The notes beneath the pieces are model-generated. The model was not told where the DNA came from, did no database searches, and was given only the letters and a program-made list of their open reading frames with translations. DNA of 32,000 bases from Acaryochloris marina MBIC11017 (GTDB taxonomy: Bacteria; Cyanobacteriota; Cyanobacteriia; Thermosynechococcales; Thermosynechococcaceae). The stretch covers positions 5,370,001 to 5,402,000 of the forward strand of contig NC_009925.1 in NCBI RefSeq assembly GCF_000018105.1. The letters run 5' to 3'. This document shows, piece after piece, positions 26,046 through 32,000 of the stretch; position 1 is the first letter of the stretch, and every line of letters begins with the position of its first letter. The translations under genes and the position numbers were made by a program.

Positions 26046-26413
26046 TCAGATTACTCAGATACAGCGAAGATTCATCCGCCATAGGTTTATTCTGCTTAAA
26101 TCTAGATCTCGAAGCTTTGAAGGGCAAGCATCCAAACAGACTGTGTAAGAGCTTTCTAAGTCTTGAATAATCTCAGAAATACATTCTGGTCTGGGATGAG
26201 CATCCATGTTGATTGAAGCGATAAATCCTCTACTCCTCTTGGCCACAAAGAATTTTCTGATATTTCAATACAACCTACCACCTCGTACCTATGACTCAGC
26301 AGCGGGTCAGCTCAGAATCCTCATGGAATAGTGAAAGTCAAACGGGGTAGCCAAACCAATAGGAATGGTCCCCCGTTAATATGTTCTTTTCGAATAGGTG
26401 TCGAGAATCGATA

Positions 26414-27025
26414 TCAGCTAATCAGGAAACCTGTAATGGCAGCATTTTCCATCGCAGAATTGTTGAGATCAATATCCATTAGGTGGACGCCATCGATCTG
26501 GGTCTTGCTGAGATTAATCTCATCCAAGTCAGTACGCAACATGCGAGTCCCGTCGAAATGAGTGCCTTGAAGCTTGGCATTCCGGAGAATAGCATTGCGA
26601 AGGTCTCCATGACTGAAGTTAGCTCGCATCAAGTTGGCACTGTCTAAAATGGTGCCTCTTAAATTAGCCCCTCCTAGATTGGCACAGTAGAGCATGGCAT
26701 TGCTGAGGTTCGCGCCACTTAGGTTCGCGCCACTCAAATTTGCACCAAACAGGTTAGCACCTCTCAAATTTGCACCCCTCAGATCTGCCCGATATAGGCA
26801 CGTTGCTCGCAAGTCTGCCCGAAACAGTTTGGCTTTGCGAAAATCTGCACTAGCGAAATTTGCACCTCGAAGCAGTGCATTACTGAGATTGGCTTTAAAC
26901 AAGTTAATCGGGACAGTCGGATTTTTAATCCGCCAATCATTCCAAGTCTCCGATCCCCTTAACAGAATACTTAATAGGTTATTAGTCCCCGAGATGGGAC
27001 TAACCTCTTTATTATTTGTCATCAT
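26414..27025 (-). CDS. pentapeptide-repeat protein
   Basis: Long run of A(D/N)LxG/A-type pentapeptides (ANLRGANLFGANLSGANLSGANLSNAMLYCANLGGANLRG...). I prefer the ATG pair at 27025/27022 over the GTG at 27085 used by the ORF track. Confidence 0.85.
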   Translation of the reverse strand: MMTNNKEVSPISGTNNLLSILLRGSETWNDWRIKNPTVPINLFKANLSNALLRGANFASADFRKAKLFRADLRATCLYRADLRGANLRGANLFGANLSGANLSGANLSNAMLYCANLGGANLRGTILDSANLMRANFSHGDLRNAILRNAKLQGTHFDGTRMLRTDLDEINLSKTQIDGVHLMDIDLNNSAMENAAITGFLIS

Positions 27026-27347
27026 CAGCAAACCCTTGGAAATATTTGGTATCGAGATAAATACCTCTTTCAATATACCCTGCACTTTTAAAATCTTTCA
27101 CCAGGGATAAAGGCTAGAATCCATACTGGGCAAAGGTATACATACTTTCAGAAGTAAAATAATGAATTAAGTTGAGGGTTAATGGATAAAGTAACCTTTC
27201 TAGAATAGATAAAGTCTGTCCCAGAAATATGACATCTTCTGGACGAAAGCAGCCATAAAATGGGCTGTCAACATGTTTCTGAAAATATTGAACAAAGGTA
27301 ACGATATGCTAATAAATTCAACCTAATTCCCAGATAAGCTTCAGACC

Positions 27348-28034
27348 ATGAAACTGGTAATGTTCGATATTGATGGCACCCTGACGGCCTCCAATGACCT
27401 CGATGATCTGGCCTTTGTTCGAACGGTTCACGACATTTTTGGAATAAAGGATATCTCTGAAGATTGGACCACCTATACCCATGTCACGGATGCCTGTATT
27501 CTCCGAGAAATCTGTGAGCAACAGTTAGGGCGTTCACCTAATTCTGAGGAAATCGCGCTCTTTCAAAAACAATTGCTGCAGCGACTTGCCCAAGGTGCCG
27601 TTCGGGAGGGAGGTGTTTTCCCCATTGCTGGAGCTGATGCCCTATTGGAGCAGCTGCAAGCGTCCCCAGACTATCAATTCTGCTATGCAGGCGGCGCTTG
27701 GACTGCATCGGTTCAGTTTAAGCTGCAGTCCGCGGAGTTACCGTTTGCAGACATTCCCCATGCCTTTGCAGACGATCACGATTCACGAGAAGGCATCTGT
27801 CAAATTGCCCTAGACCGTGCTCAAACGACTTACCAACAGATTTTCACCCATGTGATCTATGTGGGGGATGGCATTTGGGATGTACGGGCCTCTAAAAATT
27901 TAGGATATCCCTTTATTGGTATTGCTACAGGAGAAGATGCCCAACGGCTTAAAGCCGAAGGGGCACCAGTGGTACTCCCCCACTATGAAGATCTGCAGGC
28001 ATTTTGGGATGCGTTGGTTGCGATCGCACCTTAG
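27348..28034 (+). CDS. HAD-superfamily hydrolase
   Basis: 228-aa ORF with motif I MFDIDGTLT at the N-terminus and a late acidic motif VGDGIWD. Confidence 0.8.
   Translation: MKLVMFDIDGTLTASNDLDDLAFVRTVHDIFGIKDISEDWTTYTHVTDACILREICEQQLGRSPNSEEIALFQKQLLQRLAQGAVREGGVFPIAGADALLEQLQASPDYQFCYAGGAWTASVQFKLQSAELPFADIPHAFADDHDSREGICQIALDRAQTTYQQIFTHVIYVGDGIWDVRASKNLGYPFIGIATGEDAQRLKAEGAPVVLPHYEDLQAFWDALVAIAP
28020..28027. repeat. HIP1 octamer GCGATCGC
   Basis: Exact octamer read in the sequence. Confidence 0.9.
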
Positions 28035-28906
28035 TCTCCCCCCGCCATCGACTCCCAATTATGGCTCGTAGCAAATCGACAAAACTGCTCCACCATCTCG
28101 GAACACTGAAGCCGCCACTTAATCCCAACCCGACGCTGAAAGTCAATATCGACCACCGGCAGATAAACAATATCCGTCAGTCCCCGCCAAAAGGGCATCA
28201 CACTCAACCCCAGTCCAGCTTTGACCAAGGAAATCACCCATTCCTCATGGCTGGCTCGATACACGACTTGGGGACAGATTTTTTTCGCCTCTAGCAGTTG
28301 ACACTCTTGCTTAAAGAATTCACAGTTCACCCGATCAATATAGGGTTGACCATCTAGTTCAGCCAACCGCACGGAAGTTCGCTGCGCCAAGGGATGACGG
28401 GCAGGAACGGCGAGCAGTAAAGGTTGAGCAAACAAAAGGGTTGAGGTTTGAGCATCATCCTGTGGTCCCAACACCGTAATCGCCACATCAATTTCACCCT
28501 GGGTAAGTTTGTCTTGTAACGCATCGGCAGGATGGTCATACAGTTCCAGGGTCACGTGGGAATAGTGTTGCTGAAAACTATGGACCAAATCGGCCAGCTC
28601 ACTCACCCGCAAGGTGCTTAGCACCCCTACCTTCAGCGTCGGTCGATCATTAAAGCCTTTAAGTTCGTGGAGAGCCGCTTGGTACTGAGCCATAATCACC
28701 GTGGCCCGCTCCTTAAAGGCCTGTCCCGCTGCGGTTAGAACCGTCCGCCGTCCACCCCGCTCGAACAAAGCCACCCCTAGCTCCTGCTCTAGCTTTTTAA
28801 TTCCTGCTGATAGAGACGGCTGAGAAAGATAAAGTCGCTCTGCCGCCCGCGAAAAGGTACCCGTTTCAGCAATGGTCAGAAAATATCGAACTTGGTAGAG
28901 ATCCAT
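28031..28906 (-). CDS. LysR-family transcriptional regulator
   Basis: 291-aa ORF with the N-terminal HTH block MDLYQVRYFLTIAETGTFSRAAERLYLSQPSLSAGIKKLEQELGVALFER. It is divergent from the peroxiredoxin-like gene. Confidence 0.9.
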   Translation of the reverse strand: MDLYQVRYFLTIAETGTFSRAAERLYLSQPSLSAGIKKLEQELGVALFERGGRRTVLTAAGQAFKERATVIMAQYQAALHELKGFNDRPTLKVGVLSTLRVSELADLVHSFQQHYSHVTLELYDHPADALQDKLTQGEIDVAITVLGPQDDAQTSTLLFAQPLLLAVPARHPLAQRTSVRLAELDGQPYIDRVNCEFFKQECQLLEAKKICPQVVYRASHEEWVISLVKAGLGLSVMPFWRGLTDIVYLPVVDIDFQRRVGIKWRLQCSEMVEQFCRFATSHNWESMAGGD

Positions 28907-28908
28907 AT

Positions 28909-28923
28909 ATAGTCAATATCTAT
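28909..28923. promoter_or_regulatory. LysR-type box ATAG-N7-CTAT (T-N11-A), site 1
   Basis: atagtcaatatctat read directly, 3 nt upstream of the LysR start codon in the divergent region. Confidence 0.5.
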
Positions 28924-28939
28924 AGTTTCAATAATAAAA

Positions 28940-28954
28940 ATAGTCTTGCTCTAT
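28940..28954. promoter_or_regulatory. LysR-type box ATAG-N7-CTAT (T-N11-A), site 2
   Basis: atagtcttgctctat read directly. Centre-to-centre distance to site 1 is 31 bp. Confidence 0.5.
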
Positions 28955-28994
28955 AGATTAGCCTACTCCAGGATAGAAAGTGTGAATCGTAACT

Positions 28995-29002
28995 GCGATC
29001 GC
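28995..29002. repeat. HIP1 octamer GCGATCGC
   Basis: Exact octamer read in the sequence. Confidence 0.9.
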
Positions 29003-29025
29003 ACCCTCTACCCAGGACTATTCCT

Positions 29026-29565
29026 ATGATGACTTTCGCTCAATCCACTTCACCCAAATTACTGATGGGCCATACAGCCCCACTCTTAGTGGTTCAGACC
29101 TTAGATCACGGGCTGTGGCGGTTGGCCGATCAAACCCCTGAGCACTATACGATGGTGGTTTTCTATCGCGGGCTCCATTGCCCAGTCTGTGAGCAATACC
29201 TGACGGAACTCGACCAAAAGTTGTCAGCCTTTGCCCAACTTGGCGTCCAGGTGATTGCCTTGAGTGGTGATGGCATAGATAAAACCCAGCAACTTAAAAC
29301 TCAAGCCAACCTCCAACAGCTATCCCTCGGTTATGGCTTAACTCCCGAGCAGATGCGGGACTGGGGCCTATACCTGAGTCAAGGCCATTTTGAACAAGAA
29401 CCCGCGCTGTTTAGCGAACCCGCCGTATTCCTGATTCAGCCAGATGGTCGGTTGTACTTCGCCAATATTGGCACCCATCCCTTCTCCCGTATCGATTTTG
29501 ATTCTCTGTTGGCTGGCTTAGCCTACGTCATTCCCAATAACTATCCTTTACGAGGTACAGCGTAA
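29026..29565 (+). CDS. peroxiredoxin-like (AhpC/TSA, thioredoxin-fold) family protein
   Basis: 179-aa ORF with the block VVFYRGLHCPVCEQYL (CxxC in thioredoxin-fold context) and the overall Prx-like arrangement. Confidence 0.78.
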   Translation: MMTFAQSTSPKLLMGHTAPLLVVQTLDHGLWRLADQTPEHYTMVVFYRGLHCPVCEQYLTELDQKLSAFAQLGVQVIALSGDGIDKTQQLKTQANLQQLSLGYGLTPEQMRDWGLYLSQGHFEQEPALFSEPAVFLIQPDGRLYFANIGTHPFSRIDFDSLLAGLAYVIPNNYPLRGTA

Positions 29566-29619
29566 AGCAATCTGTCCCTTCTCTATCTGCAAACGTTCAA
29601 TCATCTTAAGGAGCGCATT

Positions 29620-30027
29620 ATGAACTCTGCCCTTTTCTATCTGGCTGCCAGTGGCATGCTCTGTGTTCTTTTGTGGGTCCCCTACATTCTCAATCGCGCT
29701 TTTGTCTGGGGGATTCCGGCCTTTGCCAGTAACTATCCCACCCGAAAATTCCCCGCGGAATCCCCCGATATTCCAGTCTGGGCCCAACGAGCCCAACGCA
29801 CTCATCTGAATATGGTGGAGACCCTACCTGCATTTGCCGCCGTTGTGATTGCAGCCCATTTAACCGAGGCCAATCCTGGTGTGATTACAGCTTGGGCTGC
29901 CACGTTCTTCTGGGCACGAGTGATGCATGCCAGCATATATATCCTAGGGGTTCCTTACTTACGAACGCCCACCTACTTAGTTTCTTGGGCGGCTGTGCTG
30001 ATGATTGGGGCTCAGGTCGTTTTCTAG
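29620..30027 (+). CDS. MAPEG-family membrane protein
   Basis: 135-aa, 3-4 TM ORF. It has the block QRAQRTHLNMVETLPAFAAVVIAA typical of MAPEG (R..H.N..E..P.F) and lies 54 nt downstream of the Prx-like gene. Confidence 0.72.
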   Translation: MNSALFYLAASGMLCVLLWVPYILNRAFVWGIPAFASNYPTRKFPAESPDIPVWAQRAQRTHLNMVETLPAFAAVVIAAHLTEANPGVITAWAATFFWARVMHASIYILGVPYLRTPTYLVSWAAVLMIGAQVVF

Positions 30028-30048
30028 CCGTCAGTAGATTCGCACCAG

Positions 30049-30084
30049 AATGTGTAGCCCCGAGGGATTGAGGGCTACACATTT
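30049..30084 (+). terminator. terminator hairpin after the Prx-like/MAPEG pair
   Basis: Perfect 12-bp stem (30049-30060 aatgtgtagccc / 30072-30083 gggctacacatt) with an 11-nt loop, starting 22 nt after the MAPEG stop. The trailing U-tract is short. Confidence 0.6.
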
Positions 30085-30099
30085 AAGACAGCACACCAA

Positions 30100-30129
30100 T
30101 CATGCTGGCAAGTTTTCAGTCCAGCATGA
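30100..30129 (-). terminator. second hairpin in the convergent gap, candidate terminator for the minus-strand small genes
   Basis: tcatgctgg (30100-30108) pairs with ccagcatga (30121-30129): 9 bp with a 12-nt loop. No U-tract on the minus strand. Confidence 0.35.
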
Positions 30130-30160
30130 AAGTGAATCAAATTAATTTAAGACATCAGAT

Positions 30161-30373
30161 CTACTGACCGACATCCTGCCAGAGAGTCCCTTCATGGGGG
30201 ACAACGCCTTCGTGAACGACTGCATTAGCATTTGCAGTATTTTCCTGAAGCGAAGAGCGCGTTAAGGTGTAACCCACAACAAAGGCAGAAAAGCCAACAG
30301 CCAGAATCGAGAAAGCAGCAAGGGAAGCGCCAAGAATCCGGTCAGACGAGGAAGACTGGGTATGCGAATACAT
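30161..30373 (-). CDS. hypothetical small single-pass membrane protein
   Basis: The ORF-track frame starts with TTG at 30403; the first ATG is at 30373 (MYSHTQSSSSDRILGASLAAFSILAVGFSAFVVGYTL...), giving one clear TM helix. No family recognised. Confidence 0.4.
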   Translation of the reverse strand: MYSHTQSSSSDRILGASLAAFSILAVGFSAFVVGYTLTRSSLQENTANANAVVHEGVVPHEGTLWQDVGQ

Positions 30374-30454
30374 CTCTTTAAAGCCCAAGATTGAATATTT
30401 CAATCTTTATCTTCTCAGCTTATTCCGTATAAATCGATACCCTTTATAAAAGTT

Positions 30455-30661
30455 TTACTCTTCTGGGACTTGGCTAATTTGAAAAGGCTGAATGAACTGA
30501 TCTGTCAAGGACAAAGGCAAATCGGTATTATGTGATACAAAACCATGCCCAATTCCGGCAAAAAATCCGATCAAAGTTGCATAAATTAAAGGTGATCTGC
30601 TGTTCATACGGGATGTCGAGAAGTGGAAGAAACAAATAGAAAGCCTATAAAGGCCAGCCAT
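30455..30661 (-). CDS. hypothetical small membrane protein
   Basis: The frame is open from GTG at 30667, with ATGs at 30661 and 30607. There is one TM-like segment, PLIYATLIGFFAGIGHGFV. The start is uncertain and no family is recognised. Confidence 0.3.
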   Translation of the reverse strand: MAGLYRLSICFFHFSTSRMNSRSPLIYATLIGFFAGIGHGFVSHNTDLPLSLTDQFIQPFQISQVPEE

Positions 30662-30823
30662 CACCACTGCTAAATCTTGGGCTTTTGAAATGCATTGGAT
30701 AGAAGCTCAAACTCACTGATCACAGCAGGTTTGTTCGTTATGTTACTTAAATTAGCAATTCTTAGTAGAGTAATTCTGTAACGGTTCTTACGGTTTGATA
30801 GTTTCAATGGCAATACTATGCGA

Positions 30824-30857
30824 AAAATGCAATTTAATAATTCAAAAATTGCATTTT
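30824..30857 (-). terminator. AT-rich 12-bp perfect inverted repeat downstream of the molybdoenzyme gene
   Basis: aaaatgcaattt (30824-30835) pairs with aaattgcatttt (30846-30857), 10-nt spacer. A second small inverted repeat, ttgaaa-ttat-tttcaa, is at 30865-30880. It could be a terminator for 30900-31952, or an operator for the small genes downstream. Confidence 0.4.
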
Positions 30858-30899
30858 CTAGAAATTGAAATTATTTTCAAGTTAATTATTCTGATCCAT

Positions 30900-31952
30900 T
30901 TAAGAATCTAGATTGACTGAAATTTTTAAGATTCCAGCACTACCATCTTTGCCATTTTTATCCTGAATTTTTTGCGTTTCTGTTCGCGACCTCGCCTGGG
31001 CCAGCAGCTTGTACGTCCCTGGTTGAGTTGGCTTCCAGAGATATCGCCAGAGGGTCCATTCATGGGGAGAGCTGGGCTGGTTGATTTCAGCTTCCGTCCA
31101 AGTCTGCCCATTATCCGTACTAATTCTGACCCATTCCATGGGCTGGGCCTGGTCAATCGCCACCCCCGCAACAGTCACTCCTCTCTGCCATCCTTCTTCT
31201 CCTGTGCGAGGTAGATCGACATGGTAGTTTTTATTCCAGACTTTCTCCTCTTGGACCTGCTGAGTGATGGCATGGGTGGCAATCTTGGCAGTATTCGACC
31301 AGCCCTGACGTTCCCAATATCCTTTTTTGGGGGTGGCAATCGCCTCAATTTCCGTTAGCCATTTGGGTTGCTTTTGGCCATACCGCCCCGGAATGATAAT
31401 CCGCACAGGAAAACCATGGGCTTTCGTTAGGGGTTCCCCATTCATCCGATGCACGAGCTGCACATCTGGTCTCATCAAATCGATAACGGGCAAAGTCGTC
31501 TCGTAGGAGTCAGCCGCATGAAGTAAAAATTCAACAGCCTTGTCCTGTACTCCCACTTGTTTAAGAAAGGGCGATAATGGCGTCCCTGTCCACAGGGCAT
31601 TGCCGATTTGCTTTCCTCCAGTACGATTGCCAATGCACTCCATCGTTAAATAAAACTCCGTTTGGGGAGCCGCTAGAATATCGTCAAATTTTAGGGGCAG
31701 CGGTTGCTCCACCAGACCTGTCAACTGCAGTTGCCATGTGTTGAGATCGACATCTGGGGGTGACGCATAGGATTGCACATAAAACTCACCGACTGGGGTT
31801 ATTCGATGATCCGGTAAGGGCCGCTCAAATTGTCGTAAATCAGCAGAGAACAAAAGGTGCAAGTGCTGATGGTTTACACATCCTGGTAGGAATGTTGCAC
31901 ATATCCCACCAGATGCTTGCAAAAGTCGCTTTAATGCCTGACGACGTTTCAT
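30900..31952 (-). CDS. molybdopterin-dependent oxidoreductase (sulfite-oxidase family) with Tat-type signal
   Basis: 350-aa ORF with the twin-arginine N-terminus MKRRQALKRLLQASGG. Mo-ligand cysteine block is TMECIGNRTGG, followed by NGEPL...HGFPVRIIIPG.YG.K..KWL..I. The C-terminal Ig-like dimerisation-type domain includes ISTDNGQTWTEAEI. Confidence 0.85.
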   Translation of the reverse strand: MKRRQALKRLLQASGGICATFLPGCVNHQHLHLLFSADLRQFERPLPDHRITPVGEFYVQSYASPPDVDLNTWQLQLTGLVEQPLPLKFDDILAAPQTEFYLTMECIGNRTGGKQIGNALWTGTPLSPFLKQVGVQDKAVEFLLHAADSYETTLPVIDLMRPDVQLVHRMNGEPLTKAHGFPVRIIIPGRYGQKQPKWLTEIEAIATPKKGYWERQGWSNTAKIATHAITQQVQEEKVWNKNYHVDLPRTGEEGWQRGVTVAGVAIDQAQPMEWVRISTDNGQTWTEAEINQPSSPHEWTLWRYLWKPTQPGTYKLLAQARSRTETQKIQDKNGKDGSAGILKISVNLDS

Positions 31953-32000
31953 AAACTGTTGCCCCCTTCAATCTCTGCTGTTTCTAAGCAATTGCCTGGC

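Noticed and set aside
26055-26561. 63-aa GTG-start ORF (26055-26246, minus) and 76-aa + ORF (26331-26561)
   Set aside because: The first is barely longer than its stop-to-stop window and has no SD or family. The second overlaps the 3' end of the pentapeptide gene on the opposite strand.
26694-27110. 138-aa + strand ORF with its own 5-residue periodicity (LRFAP LKFAP ...)
   Set aside because: It is the reverse complement of the pentapeptide-repeat gene. The periodic protein is a mirror artefact of the A(N/D)LxG-encoding DNA repeats.
27318-28539. ORFs 27318-27521(-), 27586-27813(+), 27949-28170(-), 28004-28294(+), 28354-28539(-)
   Set aside because: They overlap the HAD and LysR genes in other frames or on the other strand, with no motifs.
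29548-30082. Minus-strand ORFs 29548-29805 and 29885-30082
   Set aside because: They are antisense to the MAPEG gene and the terminator region, and are shadow ORFs.
30926-31954. ORFs 30926-31171(-), 30972-31214(+), 31760-31954(+) at the molybdoenzyme locus
   Set aside because: They are off-frame or antisense to a gene with clear Mo-cofactor and dimerisation-domain motifs.

Overview
This is a 32-kb chromosomal segment that reads as cyanobacterial. It has 11 exact HIP1 octamers (GCGATCGC), pcyA, the two-gene atpD-atpC (atpBE-type) operon, a cyAbrB-type regulator, DUF1830 and DUF928 proteins, and pentapeptide-repeat and WD40-repeat proteins. I support about 30 protein-coding genes, most of them housekeeping, envelope or redox functions. 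They include a hybrid histidine kinase, an amidase, an MscS channel, an adenosine-deaminase-family protein, a Rieske protein, a class IV aminotransferase, a HAD hydrolase, a LysR regulator divergent from a peroxiredoxin-like/MAPEG pair, and a Tat-signal molybdoenzyme. I found no rRNA, tRNA, CRISPR array, transposase, integrase or canonical defence island. No clear-cut novel multi-gene system is visible by eye. Four places look most worth follow-up. (1) An N-terminally eroded MazF/PemK-like toxin gene sits directly against the atpC intrinsic terminator with no antitoxin, followed by an 854-bp ORF-free region of two different compositions. (2) A minus-strand cluster encodes a YedZ/MsrQ-like heme membrane protein, a membrane-anchored 7-blade WD40 protein and a DUF928 protein. 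(3) A Rieske domain is fused to a roughly 460-aa unassigned domain and tightly coupled to a secreted phosphodiester glycosidase. (4) A NurA-like nuclease gene has no HerA partner. Three unusually long AT-rich intergenic regions (3602-4479, 9245-10014, 20917-21400) carry exact repeats and hairpins that could be regulatory or encode sRNAs. All family assignments come from motif recognition by eye and need HMM or BLAST confirmation.
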